The translations under genes were made by a program, and so were the position numbers. From a virus (Duplodnaviria; Heunggongvirae; Uroviricota; Caudoviricetes), in the IMG/VR virus record IMGVR_UViG_3300027710_000009: a stretch of DNA of 64,000 nucleotides; one strand, given 5' to 3'. The notes under the pieces are model-generated. The model saw only the letters and a list, made by a program, of their open reading frames with translations, was not told the origin of the DNA and made no database searches. Positions 35,176 to 45,513 of this stretch are shown here, one piece after another. Position 1 is the first letter of the stretch. Every line of letters begins with the position of its first letter.

Positions 35176-35658
35176 TTATGTCAACCGCGATTCTTCAATT
35201 TCTAACCAGGTGTGGTCACCCATGTATTTCACTTGCGTTTGGTATTCGTAGTCTTCGGGTGCAGAGCTTGACCAATCGTTAGGCCCATGGTGTGTCAGTA
35301 GAACATGTTGTTTGCGCTTGTCCCAGACCAACCAGTAAGTCTGGCCCATCACAGGACTGAACTGATATACAGCGGCATGCACTGCATCTGTGACATCTAG
35401 TCGTCGTTTGATTGACTGTGCTTGTTTTTCCAGTACTGAGACCAGTTCCATGATCCTGTCGTACTCTTGCTGGGCATACATCCTAGCATGGTTGATCATG
35501 AGATCTTTTTGCTGTGTAACGGGCACAAGATCAAACTTGGGTCCACCTGCTTCAGTTGGGTAAGGTGTTACATTACGATTAAAAAACGGAATAATCCCGC
35601 CTGTGGTGGTAGAGTCATAACTGTCTCTGCCCTTGGCTAGGTTTGATTTTTTTTCCAT
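35176..35658 (-). CDS. Hypothetical protein (DUF2452-like)
   Basis: PYPT..G.PKF, F.PVMGQTY, P.DW, DHTW pattern. Confidence 0.6.
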   Translation of the reverse strand: MEKKSNLAKGRDSYDSTTTGGIIPFFNRNVTPYPTEAGGPKFDLVPVTQQKDLMINHARMYAQQEYDRIMELVSVLEKQAQSIKRRLDVTDAVHAAVYQFSPVMGQTYWLVWDKRKQHVLLTHHGPNDWSSSAPEDYEYQTQVKYMGDHTWLEIEESRLT

Positions 35659-35674
35659 GTAATTACTTATGTCT

Positions 35675-35749
35675 TGGTCCGGCGTGAAGGAATCGAACCC
35701 TCATTCTGGGAGTAGAAATCCCATGCATTATCCATTATACTAACGCCAG
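35675..35749 (-). tRNA. tRNA-Arg(TCT)
   Basis: Loop TTTCTAC, A20. Confidence 0.85.
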
Positions 35750-35754
35750 ATGTT

Positions 35755-35829
35755 TGGTGGGCTCACTGTGAATTGAACACAGACTCAATCGATTATGAGT
35801 CGACTGCTTTACCATTAAGCTATGAGCCC
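35755..35829 (-). tRNA. tRNA-Ile2-type (CAT, lysidine substrate)
   Basis: CGACTCATAATCG anticodon arm typical of ileX-type tRNAs. Confidence 0.75.
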
Positions 35830-35837
35830 AAATTGCT

Positions 35838-35866
35838 ATTGTATGATTTATTTAGATTGCTGTCAA
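35838..35866 (-). promoter_or_regulatory. sigma70 promoter with nested TAAATA motif
   Basis: TTGACA-gcaatcTAAATAaatca-TACAAT. Confidence 0.8.
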
Positions 35867-35869
35867 CCG

Positions 35870-37204
35870 TCATCTAGCACGTGGAAACACGGGTCTCTGT
35901 GCAGATGGTGCTGGTGTTGCCGCTGTTTGCGCTGATGGCGCCATGGTTCGTGCTGGTATTGCAACCGGAGCTGGTGCTGTTGCATCAGGTTCTGATTTTT
36001 TGGTTTTAGGAAACATTTTGTAAACCATTTTACCAATTTTGGCTGGATCGGTCCCTTTGGTGTATTCTTGTGCAATCATATTAGTTATGTTGGCAATAGA
36101 TTGCGGATCCGACACACCTCGCTCATAGGCCATTTCTTTGGCTGCTGCCTGAGCAATGGTCATAATTTTTTGTTTAGATAACTTTTGCCCAGTTTGTGGC
36201 AAAGATTTGGCCACGTCAAAACGTCCAGCACGTATAGACGCACCCGGTGCTAGTTCCACTTGCGGCATCATTTCTGCTTCTGGTGCCAGAATGTAAGCAG
36301 TTTTCACGCTGATCTGGCCTTCCATGTCGTCAAAGTCTTTGAAGTATTGTACTTGTTCTGTGGGCAGGTCCATGATCAACATGCCTTCAAATTGACTGTA
36401 CTTTTTGTAGTTATTATAACCAACCCTGGCAATGGCACGTAGGATGGAGTTTTCATCACCGTCCATGAGTGCTTTTTGATATTCACCATTGGGCACATGA
36501 TTGAATGTGCCGTCTGCAATGGCTTTACAAACTGTTTTTAAGTTCTTGGGATTGATTCTTGGACGAATAGTGTTTACCCAGTTGTCCAAACCCACACGAT
36601 CACCAATTTTTACAAGGCGGCCTGCTGAGTTTGCAATAGCACTACGAATACCTGTTAGATCTAAGTTGGCTTTGCGGGCATTGATCCAGCGGCCACCTTT
36701 GGCTGCACGTGCTTTGACTTCAACTGGCATCTTGTTAACGATAATATCGCCGCCGCCTTTGATACGGCCACTCCAGGCAATGTTGGGATGTAGTACTGCC
36801 AGTGCCACCTCGCACGGACCCACACCTTGCGCAGTTAATTCTGTTGATAAATCTTTGAATAACTCTTTACCAAATCCTGTGCCAATTACGTCGTCAAATG
36901 AATGCAACGATCCGTCTAACAGTTTACCTACATCGATTCCGTTGCCGTTTTTTACAAGCTCTAGGAAAGCATCTTTTTCTTCAATTGGAGCATCAATGTC
37001 AATGATTGAACGTGCGATCTTTGATAGAAACACACTGGCGTCAGCATCTTTGCCCAGCACTGATTTGATGCGTTCTTCAATGTTTCCTGCTTTGAGCGTT
37101 CGCAAGACTTTTTGCAGAACAGATGGATCATCGGTGGATTTTACCACTGCGATAATCTCTTTCTTAAGTGCAGGATCTTCTAGTACCAGGTCTGTATAGC
37201 GCAT
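35870..37204 (-). CDS. Hypothetical protein, possible PD-(D/E)XK nuclease fold
   Basis: G.CE....GGGDIIV....VEVK motif; upstream TAAATA. Confidence 0.55.
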   Translation of the reverse strand: MRYTDLVLEDPALKKEIIAVVKSTDDPSVLQKVLRTLKAGNIEERIKSVLGKDADASVFLSKIARSIIDIDAPIEEKDAFLELVKNGNGIDVGKLLDGSLHSFDDVIGTGFGKELFKDLSTELTAQGVGPCEVALAVLHPNIAWSGRIKGGGDIIVNKMPVEVKARAAKGGRWINARKANLDLTGIRSAIANSAGRLVKIGDRVGLDNWVNTIRPRINPKNLKTVCKAIADGTFNHVPNGEYQKALMDGDENSILRAIARVGYNNYKKYSQFEGMLIMDLPTEQVQYFKDFDDMEGQISVKTAYILAPEAEMMPQVELAPGASIRAGRFDVAKSLPQTGQKLSKQKIMTIAQAAAKEMAYERGVSDPQSIANITNMIAQEYTKGTDPAKIGKMVYKMFPKTKKSEPDATAPAPVAIPARTMAPSAQTAATPAPSAQRPVFPRAR

Positions 37205-37234
37205 TGTTTAACTCGTAATAAGAGTATTTATGCG

Positions 37235-37984
37235 CTAGTGATCAATACGGTAAAGAGCTTTGTCCAGCCACGGAAACAGCGCATCCTGCTGGCGCACATG
37301 CCCGTAAGTGCGAACACTGTTGGCAATGCTGTCGTTTACCAAGCCTTTTTCTATTAGCTCAAACCATGTGGTTTTTGCCGGATCCATAGGAGCAACATCT
37401 GATTTGAACACAGCCACATGCAACCAAGGATCATCTATGGCCTTGCGAAAATACGCATCTTTACAATCAAATCCATTCACAGCCAGCATGTACAGCATGG
37501 TCACAAATGTATGATTAAAAAACTGAAAATTTTCGCCACGACTTTGCCAGCGTCCGTATTCATGATAGGTCAGCATGGGCATGCCCAGATACAGCATGCC
37601 GTTTACATTCATTTGTTCGCTGAACAGTCGCATGGTTTTTATTGGATTCACTGCATACTGAAATGCATCGTGACACCAGATTACATCAACAGTCTGTGGT
37701 AAACATGCTGTTTCAAAATCTTTTTGGATGTACAACATGTTGGTTGGTTGCTCAAAGTCAATCAACTTTGGCCTGCGATCCACTGCATAGCATTGCAGAT
37801 TCAACGGATCTCGTACATCATCTCTGGTGGATGCTTGTGCCCACCAAAGTGTATCCAGACATGCACCAGCACCCATGTCTGCTACGCTACTGATACTTTC
37901 CATGAACGTATCATGTTCTCGTAAGAGATTCAACACCATTTGACTATGGTTGTGACTTTGTATTGCATTATCAAACTGAGCCAT
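37235..37984 (-). CDS. Class I SAM-dependent methyltransferase
   Basis: VADMGAG motif I, DVIWCHDAFQY. Confidence 0.8.
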   Translation of the reverse strand: MAQFDNAIQSHNHSQMVLNLLREHDTFMESISSVADMGAGACLDTLWWAQASTRDDVRDPLNLQCYAVDRRPKLIDFEQPTNMLYIQKDFETACLPQTVDVIWCHDAFQYAVNPIKTMRLFSEQMNVNGMLYLGMPMLTYHEYGRWQSRGENFQFFNHTFVTMLYMLAVNGFDCKDAYFRKAIDDPWLHVAVFKSDVAPMDPAKTTWFELIEKGLVNDSIANSVRTYGHVRQQDALFPWLDKALYRIDH

Positions 37985-38228
37985 GTGTCAATATCTCAAC
38001 TATTATTTTTTCTCTGTAGCTTTTTAATCTTGACTCAAATTGGTAGATAGACTCTGCGGTGTCCGTGTGCGTTGGATTCCATGAAAGATTCCTGGACATA
38101 TAATTTGCCCAGTGTTCAAGTGCATCTCTTTCAATTTGCAAATTGATAGCATCGCTTTTGGGCTTGGCATTTTTGCACAAGGTCCATTCTTCCAACAGTT
38201 GTTCGCCACGTTGCTGTATGGTCATCAA
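37971..38228 (-). CDS. Hypothetical protein
   Basis: ORF overlapping both neighbours, operon-like. Confidence 0.65.
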   Translation of the reverse strand: MMTIQQRGEQLLEEWTLCKNAKPKSDAINLQIERDALEHWANYMSRNLSWNPTHTDTAESIYQFESRLKSYREKIIVEILTHGSV

Positions 38229-38677
38229 ACACTCACGTCTTCCATGCCAGCTGTGCGTAATCTAACAATGTGCCCAAGCATGAAGTTTTTACTTTCAATG
38301 CCTTTCATGATACCCAACCAACGGTTACGCAACAAAGCCACTTCATTGATGATTGTTTCAAAATCAATCACTTCGTCTTCACCATCCACATACTTTTCAG
38401 CATCACGTGATGTAAGTGCTCGATTGTAAGATTCAAGATACTTCTGAAAGTGTTTTCTACGTATTTTCCGCAATTGAATATTCAGGTGTTCAAGCACCGC
38501 TTCAATCTCTTGTAGCTGATTAAATCGATGCTCGGTCAGCCCTGGCAAATCGCTTATGCGTTGTTCAACACGGCCAGCAATGGCCACGTCTCGCTTGGCA
38601 GCAATCATTTCTGCTTCATAGAAAGCAATGAAGTCAGGAATATTACCAAGGTCCTGAACTACCTTGTTATACCACAT
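38225..38677 (-). CDS. uvsY: UvsY-like recombination mediator
   Basis: Helical, KYVDGEDEV motif, downstream of UvsX. Confidence 0.65.
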   Translation of the reverse strand: MWYNKVVQDLGNIPDFIAFYEAEMIAAKRDVAIAGRVEQRISDLPGLTEHRFNQLQEIEAVLEHLNIQLRKIRRKHFQKYLESYNRALTSRDAEKYVDGEDEVIDFETIINEVALLRNRWLGIMKGIESKNFMLGHIVRLRTAGMEDVSV

Positions 38678-38920
38678 TTAGTCTTCTTCGCCGTCGTCAA
38701 AGTTATCTTCGTCAACTTCCTCATCGTCATGGAAGTATTCTTCGCATGAACGTTGAAGATATGAGTCGCATCCAGAAAATGCCTTAAGGTCTTTTTCGGA
38801 TATACCATCCATATCGGTTAGTATACTAAACAAATGGTCTGCCACCGCCTGGCGATCTTTTGAGCTAATGTATTCTTTCATTACTCCATAAGTTTCGCAC
38901 AAAACTTCTACATCAATCAT
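38678..38920 (-). CDS. Hypothetical acidic protein
   Basis: Coupled ORF between uvsX and uvsY. Confidence 0.7.
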   Translation of the reverse strand: MIDVEVLCETYGVMKEYISSKDRQAVADHLFSILTDMDGISEKDLKAFSGCDSYLQRSCEEYFHDDEEVDEDNFDDGEED

Positions 38921-39984
38921 TCTACTGGTTCCTCTTCTGATAATTGGGCAGTAACCACGTGATGTGGATTCTTTACAAAGTCCTCCATGACCTTGTCTAG
39001 TGAACTGTTTTCATTGCGTTCCCAAGCCTTGCGAAACTGCTTGATAACTGTGCCATCGCCCAGGGTGTATTTAAGACTGTTGCCTTCTTTGGTCAATAAA
39101 CCTTTTGCTTCCAACATGTCTGTCATGCCCGAGTATGGACTCATGCCTGACTCATATGGAATCTTGACCTGTACTGATTCAAACGGTTTAGCATAACGAG
39201 TTTTCATGACCTTGCAAGCGGCACGAATACCTTTTACTTCTGAAATCTTGTTGCCGTCTTCGTCTTCCTTCAGTTTCAATTTACGCATGGCAACCACAAT
39301 TGAGCTGGCATAGATAAAGCCTTGTCCACCACTGATTTTATCATCTGGATCAAACATGTCCTGACTTGCATAAGTGTGATTTGTACAAACCAAACCTAAA
39401 TTCAAATCGCCAAACATGTTAACACAGTTTCTTACTAGAGCAGTAAGTGCTTTGGGTTTACGACCAAGATCGCCTTTCATTTCACCTGCTTCAAACTGAT
39501 TCACGTCAGTTGGAGTAAGCAACATGCCCAAGCTGTCAATAACAAACAGCACCTTAGGACGTTCTGTTTCAGGAATAGTTTTGTATTCCTTTACAAAGTC
39601 TGAGATAACTTTGGCCAGGTCATCGATCATGGCCATGTTCAACTTGAGCAGTTTGTCGTCTGTGGTTTGTACACCAAGAGCATGCAACCACTTTTCATCC
39701 AGTGCGTTTTCACTATCTACCAAGATAACATAGATACCTTGATCTTGTGCGTTCTTAATCAAATTGCCCGAACAGATAAAAGATTTGCCTGCACCTGATT
39801 CGCCAGCAAACACAGTAACTTTGCCCATTGGAATACCTCGATCAAAGGCTCCAGAGATCAGATAGTTTAGTGTGTAGTTGCCTGTGCTGATCCATGTGTC
39901 GGGATCTTTGAAGCCAACACTGATACCGTCAATGCTTTTTGTAATTGATTTTCTAAATTTACTTACGTCAAAAGGTTTTGCCAT
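38917..39984 (-). CDS. uvsX: RecA/UvsX recombinase
   Basis: ISTG, GESGAGKS, DSENA, VIDSLG, SGG. Confidence 0.93.
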   Translation of the reverse strand: MAKPFDVSKFRKSITKSIDGISVGFKDPDTWISTGNYTLNYLISGAFDRGIPMGKVTVFAGESGAGKSFICSGNLIKNAQDQGIYVILVDSENALDEKWLHALGVQTTDDKLLKLNMAMIDDLAKVISDFVKEYKTIPETERPKVLFVIDSLGMLLTPTDVNQFEAGEMKGDLGRKPKALTALVRNCVNMFGDLNLGLVCTNHTYASQDMFDPDDKISGGQGFIYASSIVVAMRKLKLKEDEDGNKISEVKGIRAACKVMKTRYAKPFESVQVKIPYESGMSPYSGMTDMLEAKGLLTKEGNSLKYTLGDGTVIKQFRKAWERNENSSLDKVMEDFVKNPHHVVTAQLSEEEPVE

Positions 39985-40052
39985 ATTTTTCTCCGTGTTG
40001 ATATATTAGCAGAAAGAGAGCTAGAGGTCAACCCTAGCTCTCTCATGATAGA

Positions 40053-41048
40053 TTACTGCTTTTGACGATTGCGGATCATGGCCAGGATATCTTCTGCGCG
40101 AGCATTAGATTTTGCTGGTTGAACCGGTGCTGTTGCTTCAGGAGCATCCTCGTCGGGTGTTGCTACTGGTGCTGGACGAGCCGCAGTTGTTGCAACTGGT
40201 ACGTCATCCTCAGCGTCATCATGAGCCACTCGTGTTGCCGCTGCCGGCTTGTCGCCACCTGCAAAGCCTGCTGGCTTGTAGTACTGGCTCCAACGATCTG
40301 GATCATATGCTTGGCCGTCAACTGAAGCTTCAAACATTTCTTTGATCACTTTGAGTTCAACATCGCTAGGCTTCTTGGGCAAGAAGTCTGACAAATTAAA
40401 CAAACCGAATTGGTCAATTGATGCTTGTTCTGCACTTGTGATTGCAGATTCTTTACGTGCCCAGCTAGAAGTGCTGTAGTCAGCGTAACCACCTTTGGAT
40501 GTTTTCTTGATAGTAAAATCAAGTCCGCCAGTGTAGTCAGTTGGCAAGTTCTCCATTTCAGGATCCATCAACGCATTTTTAATGATGTTGAAGATCTGTG
40601 GACTAATGATGAAACGACGGATTGGATTCTCCGGTGTCTTGTCATCGCCCATTGGGTTTTCGTGTACAAAGCCCTGGAACAAATAACTTTTCTTCTTCCA
40701 GTACTTGCGACCCATTTCTTCCAAACTCTTGTCTTTGAACCATGTGCGCACTTCTGCAAGCACAGGGCATGCTTCACCATACATCTCCACGCATGGAACT
40801 TGTACGATAACAGGCTTTGAGTCTGCTTGACCTTTGATGCCAGCAAATGGCAAACGGATCATTAGACGTTCGACCCAGAAGAAAGAATTTTTGGAATTGC
40901 CGTCTGGTAGAAAACGGACTTTTGCTGTGGAACCTTCTGCAATGTTCCAGTGAGCGTAGATGGCATTGTCGCCACCTGTTGAGTTACCGCCTGTGCGGCT
41001 TTCTTGCGCTTGTAGTTTTGCGCGGATTTCTGCGAGAGATGTAGCCAT
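40053..41048 (-). CDS. gp32-like ssDNA-binding protein
   Basis: VRFLP, C...G..CP, GYADYSTS, acidic tail; next to UvsX. Confidence 0.85.
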   Translation of the reverse strand: MATSLAEIRAKLQAQESRTGGNSTGGDNAIYAHWNIAEGSTAKVRFLPDGNSKNSFFWVERLMIRLPFAGIKGQADSKPVIVQVPCVEMYGEACPVLAEVRTWFKDKSLEEMGRKYWKKKSYLFQGFVHENPMGDDKTPENPIRRFIISPQIFNIIKNALMDPEMENLPTDYTGGLDFTIKKTSKGGYADYSTSSWARKESAITSAEQASIDQFGLFNLSDFLPKKPSDVELKVIKEMFEASVDGQAYDPDRWSQYYKPAGFAGGDKPAAATRVAHDDAEDDVPVATTAARPAPVATPDEDAPEATAPVQPAKSNARAEDILAMIRNRQKQ

Positions 41049-41111
41049 GATAATTTTCCTTTATAGTTTAAGATGGTCTTTATGTGCCTAGATACACACT
41101 AGCACCGTGCT

Positions 41112-41141
41112 AGTATATAACATTAGTATTTAGCAAGTCAA
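41112..41141 (-). promoter_or_regulatory. sigma70 promoter with nested TAAATA, upstream of the SSB gene
   Basis: TTGACT-18nt-TATACT. Confidence 0.65.
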
Positions 41142-41142
41142 T

Positions 41143-41168
41143 AAAAAAGGCGCAAATTTTGCGCCTTT
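41143..41168 (-). terminator. Intrinsic terminator
   Basis: AAAGGCGC-AAAATTT-GCGCCTTTTTT. Confidence 0.8.
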
Positions 41169-41184
41169 GGTAGAATAGTTCGAA

Positions 41185-41580
41185 TCACATGTTTGGTTGT
41201 GTTTGTGTTATGGCAATAGTAAACTCGCCGCCCACGGGTTGATCGAATCGCCAACCTTTTTGTCTAAACATGTTGTAGTAAGGATCAATCACTTTGCTAA
41301 CATTCTGAGGACTTACTACGCCTTCTTGGTTGGCGTGTTGTGGATCCATGGTGCCTGGGTGACCCTGAATCACAGTTGCTGATCCGTCTTGATTGAATTT
41401 ATGACTAAATCCATATTGTCCTGGCGTTGTGCCAAAATAACCATTCAATTTGTTAACAATTTCTTCAGCGTATTTGGCTGTGGCCTGTGGATCAATTGGT
41501 GCATTTGCCGCAGGCATTGCTTCTTCAACAGAAGCTTCAGTAATTAGATCTGCGTATTTTCTAAAAAACTTTGGGTCCAT
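41185..41580 (-). CDS. Hypothetical protein (possible internal head protein)
   Basis: GAGG SD; N-terminus ends in LITE. Confidence 0.7.
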   Translation of the reverse strand: MDPKFFRKYADLITEASVEEAMPAANAPIDPQATAKYAEEIVNKLNGYFGTTPGQYGFSHKFNQDGSATVIQGHPGTMDPQHANQEGVVSPQNVSKVIDPYYNMFRQKGWRFDQPVGGEFTIAITQTQPNM

Positions 41581-41595
41581 GTTATTTCCTCAATT

Positions 41596-43377
41596 TTATT
41601 TTACAAGGAGACCAGCAATTCGAAGCATCTGAACTAGATCTGCATCCTCGCTGACCACGCCACCTGAGTTTTGGCCAGCTGGTGTATTGGCCGCAGTTGG
41701 TTGTGGTGGTGGTGGAGTTTCTGGTGCAGGCTGTGCAGGCGGTGTATCAAACTCAGATGTTTCCAATCCTAGTTTTTGGTATATGTTTGGCCAGTTGTCT
41801 TTGAGCCATTCTTTGATTGCTGGCACAGCATCTGCATCCTCGCCAAGGTCATCCACTAGATCATGCAAGGTGTCAAACAAAGTGTCGTCGCCAATGATGT
41901 CATACAACACTGACGTTACATTGGTTGCGTCCATGCCAAACGGCAGTGGCTTGGCCAATAGTTGTTGTAGTTGTTGCAGGTCTTCAGGCGTTTCAGGAAT
42001 AGCCCAGGTGCCTTCGTCTAGTAGATCCACACCTGGGTCAAGGTCTTCTGCCACTTGATATTCTGCTTCGTAACGTAGATTTTGATTTTCTTTGAGATTG
42101 CGTAGGTCGCGTAGATAGTGTGTGGCCAATTGTACTGCTAGTGTACGTGAGGGTGATTGACTGTCGTCTTCGGTTATTGTATCGTATTGTGTTGCCCAGT
42201 GTTTTGCAAATTCTGCTACCTCAGGCATGGTGGTAGCACGATTGGCAATATCTTCTAAAACAGATTTTACCAAGGTGCTGGGGTCTGAGAATCTGAGCAT
42301 CTTCATGTATTCATCCATGCCTTCATTGGTTGCTAGTGCAAGTACAGATTGGCCTTCAATGATATCCGTGATGGACTGAATTTGATTTTGTTTTCTTTGC
42401 TCGTGTAGCTGATATGCTTTGTATACATGTGGTAATGCCGCTGTCATGCGGTCATCAAAAATTTTCTTGACAAAACGTTCTTTGAGATCGTTCACGTCCA
42501 TTTCGTCCAATTGAGTTGTTTGTGGCTCAAACGATTCAATAAATTGATTGTATGATCTTGTGCCGCGCAAAGAATTCAATTGATGGTGCAGGTGATTATA
42601 GTGTGCAACTGCGGCTTCAACCATGGTCTTGGTCACGTTGTCTTCAAACACACGACGGCGCATGCCTCGTACAAATGTACCAAGCTCATTCATCTCTTTG
42701 ACAGTTTCATTGATGAACGATCCAACATCATCATAAGGATTGCCGCCTTCGCTGATGTGTCGTGCCATTGCACGTGCGGCGCTTAGTTTGTTGTGTTCTA
42801 GTTTGAAACGTTCACCTTGTGAATTTTCAACATAGATAGCGTTGATGTGTCTTGCACGACTACCGCGCACTTCTGGATTGACACTTTCGGTGTGTACAAT
42901 ACGAATACGGGCAGAGCCAATATTTTCAAAACTGTGCTTGGGTGTGCCGTACAGCCTGCTCTCAGTCACTTTTACATCACCTGAGTCAAATGTAGAATCT
43001 GCGTGTGTCACTTGCTGTATGTCCTTGATGTTAAGGTTGCTCCTGGTTATATCTCGAGTGTCAAATGTCATTAGGTTGCGCCGAGCAAATTTGCGCATTT
43101 CATATAAAAAGGCATACCACTCTTTGAGTTGGTCAGGGTCAAGTTTATCGCTGATATTTTTGCTAAAGTAGATTTTTAAGCTGTCATTGTCAATGATGCT
43201 GAGTGTTATATTTCCAAACTCTTCGCCATCTTTGCTGGTGTAATTAAAGTTGAAAAATCTAGCTTTTTCGGGTGCGGCAGTAGCTTGTGCTTTATCGTCG
43301 CCCAAGCTCACATCTTCAAATCTGCTACGGACTTTTTCAAACAATGCTTCTGCAATTTTATCAATATCTTGTGCCAT
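41596..43377 (-). CDS. Hypothetical late/virion protein
   Basis: 593 aa after TAAATA, adjacent to terminase. Confidence 0.7.
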   Translation of the reverse strand: MAQDIDKIAEALFEKVRSRFEDVSLGDDKAQATAAPEKARFFNFNYTSKDGEEFGNITLSIIDNDSLKIYFSKNISDKLDPDQLKEWYAFLYEMRKFARRNLMTFDTRDITRSNLNIKDIQQVTHADSTFDSGDVKVTESRLYGTPKHSFENIGSARIRIVHTESVNPEVRGSRARHINAIYVENSQGERFKLEHNKLSAARAMARHISEGGNPYDDVGSFINETVKEMNELGTFVRGMRRRVFEDNVTKTMVEAAVAHYNHLHHQLNSLRGTRSYNQFIESFEPQTTQLDEMDVNDLKERFVKKIFDDRMTAALPHVYKAYQLHEQRKQNQIQSITDIIEGQSVLALATNEGMDEYMKMLRFSDPSTLVKSVLEDIANRATTMPEVAEFAKHWATQYDTITEDDSQSPSRTLAVQLATHYLRDLRNLKENQNLRYEAEYQVAEDLDPGVDLLDEGTWAIPETPEDLQQLQQLLAKPLPFGMDATNVTSVLYDIIGDDTLFDTLHDLVDDLGEDADAVPAIKEWLKDNWPNIYQKLGLETSEFDTPPAQPAPETPPPPQPTAANTPAGQNSGGVVSEDADLVQMLRIAGLLVK

Positions 43378-43405
43378 GTGTGTATTTAGCTTTTTGACTC
43401 TAACG

Positions 43406-44968
43406 TTAGATCATGATAAAAGGCATGGGTTCTACAAAATCTTCCACGCTGTCACGTACATAGCTATCTAAACTGGCGTCAAATTCCTTGACAAACTGTA
43501 GCATACGCACAACCAACAGCATGCTCATGACCAAATCATCAGTTTCGCCTTCTTTGGCTTCGTAGCCAGCACCTTTGGCAATGAACGTTTTTAATTCTGA
43601 TATTAAGTTTTTGCTGGCAATTTTTAATTTGCTGTTTTCAACCAGTTGCTTGAATTTGGCACAAGCCGCCAGCTTGGATTTGTTGCTGGTATTAAAGCCC
43701 TTGCGCCAGATGTTGTTTGATCCAGGTCTGCGTGGCTCGCTGATAAAAATACCTGGAATGTTTTCTTCGCCAATTTCTGCAATCGCAACCAGTGCGGCTT
43801 CGCCCAGCGTGTTGTTTTCTACAGAGTAGTAAACATCAATATTGCTGCCTATTGCGTCAACAATGTACTTGTTGATTTCTTTGAGAATGACCACTTGCTT
43901 TTGTATGGGTGTTTTGTTATGTTGCCATTCAGCCACTTGCATGAGGCTAGGCAATTCCACAACTTGTATGGCGCTGGGATCTCCACCTGTGCCCAAGCTG
44001 GGATCTAGTCCTACCAAATAGGTACAACCTTTTTGTGGTTTTTTATACCAGCGCACTTGTCCTTGACGTTCCAGTGGCTCAATGCCTGCCATTTCAATCA
44101 GGTGAATTGGATTAATCAGTGTTTCATCAAAGATCAAGAATTCACATTCCATTTCACGACGGAAACGTTCTTCGCCTAGTTGGGCTTTCATTTCATGTGC
44201 CCATGCATCGTCACGGTCTGGATGTTCTTGCCATTTTGAACGATAGGCTTTGAAGCCATTGGTGCCCACTTCTGTTTCGTTGCCAAACTCATCCATGCAT
44301 TTGTTTGCCTGGCGCCAGATTTGTGAGAATTGATCTTCGTCAGAGTTGGGTGTGCTTGTGATAATACACTTACCACCTGTTGACAGTGTGGGCGCAATAG
44401 AAGTCCAAAACTCAGTGGCAATGCTGGGGCGTACGAATGCAAACTCGTCCATGTACAGCAATGAAATACTCATACCACGACCAGTATTTTCTGTTGTGGT
44501 TTGTGCCACTATACGTGACCCGTTGTCAAAATCAATTGAACCTTTGTTGTAGCTGGTAACACCTGCTCGAATAAAGTCAGGACAGTTTTCATATGCATAA
44601 CGAATACGTTGCATGATTTCCTGCGCACCCAAATACTTGTGAGCCGCTACTAGAATAGTACTATCAGCTACAAACATTGCATACCATAATAAATACCCTG
44701 CGGCAGACGTTGATTTCCCCGTTTGTCTTGGCATTAAGCTGATAGAGTATCTATAATTGTGATACGTGTCAATGAGACGTTTTTGATAGTCCCATGGATG
44801 ATACTGCATGCTACCCTTCATAGGATGCTGTATGTAAAAGTAGTTGTCCATGAAGTATTGTGGACCCGTGATAGGGTCTGCACAACGGGCAATTTCAAGG
44901 ATCTGCTGTTCGGTAAAGCTCTCCTGTTGGTGAGCTTTTTTTACAATAACGCTTTCAAGTGTAGACAT
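43406..44968 (-). CDS. terL: Terminase large subunit (T4 gp17-like)
   Basis: PRQTGKS, LYMDEFAF, ITSTPN, GLDPS.G.GGD, DDLVMS. Confidence 0.96.
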   Translation of the reverse strand: MSTLESVIVKKAHQQESFTEQQILEIARCADPITGPQYFMDNYFYIQHPMKGSMQYHPWDYQKRLIDTYHNYRYSISLMPRQTGKSTSAAGYLLWYAMFVADSTILVAAHKYLGAQEIMQRIRYAYENCPDFIRAGVTSYNKGSIDFDNGSRIVAQTTTENTGRGMSISLLYMDEFAFVRPSIATEFWTSIAPTLSTGGKCIITSTPNSDEDQFSQIWRQANKCMDEFGNETEVGTNGFKAYRSKWQEHPDRDDAWAHEMKAQLGEERFRREMECEFLIFDETLINPIHLIEMAGIEPLERQGQVRWYKKPQKGCTYLVGLDPSLGTGGDPSAIQVVELPSLMQVAEWQHNKTPIQKQVVILKEINKYIVDAIGSNIDVYYSVENNTLGEAALVAIAEIGEENIPGIFISEPRRPGSNNIWRKGFNTSNKSKLAACAKFKQLVENSKLKIASKNLISELKTFIAKGAGYEAKEGETDDLVMSMLLVVRMLQFVKEFDASLDSYVRDSVEDFVEPMPFIMI

Positions 44969-44982
44969 AATAAGTATTTAAC

Positions 44983-45513
44983 ATGAACTGCCTTCTTCTA
45001 AACTCTAATTACGAGCCTATTTCTATCCTGCCATTGAGCATTATCAATTGGCAACATGCTATCAAATTGATGTTTCTGGATAGAATCACTGTGCTCGAAG
45101 AATACGAGAATCACGTTGCTCGTAGCGCCAGCTTGACTATTCATTACCCTGCGGTTGCTGTGACCAAAAACTATTTCAACAACAAGAAGGGTGTGCGCTT
45201 TAGCCGTGCTAACTTGTACTTACGTGACTTGTATCAGTGCCAATACTGCGGCGATACATTTGACAACAACGAGCTGACCATTGATCACATGGTTCCAAAA
45301 GCATCAGGTGGTAAAGTAAACTGGGAAAATGCGGTAACTGCTTGCAAGACTTGCAATCACAAAAAAGGCACCAAGCTGTGGAAGCCAATGAACATGCCTT
45401 ACAAGCCAGACTACTACCAATTGGTCAACAAGTGGAAAGGCCGTCCTGTGCATATCCAGCACTCAAGTTGGTACCAGTATCTGGGTATTGAAGATCAACG
45501 GGCCACTGGCTAG
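44983..45513 (+). CDS. HNH endonuclease
   Basis: RDLYQCQYCG, LTIDHMVP..GG...WEN....C..CN..K. Confidence 0.92.
   Translation: MNCLLLNSNYEPISILPLSIINWQHAIKLMFLDRITVLEEYENHVARSASLTIHYPAVAVTKNYFNNKKGVRFSRANLYLRDLYQCQYCGDTFDNNELTIDHMVPKASGGKVNWENAVTACKTCNHKKGTKLWKPMNMPYKPDYYQLVNKWKGRPVHIQHSSWYQYLGIEDQRATG

Noticed and set aside
29708-35749. Amber suppressor tRNAs or TAG recoding
   Set aside because: Loops CTCCTAA and TTTCTAC contain CTA only out of register (anticodons CCT and TCT). TAG ends genes normally (3412, 37235, 45513) and long genes are intact in code 11.
43406-45513. Intron or intein with homing endonuclease in terminase
   Set aside because: Terminase is continuous and normal in size; the HNH gene is free-standing and divergent.
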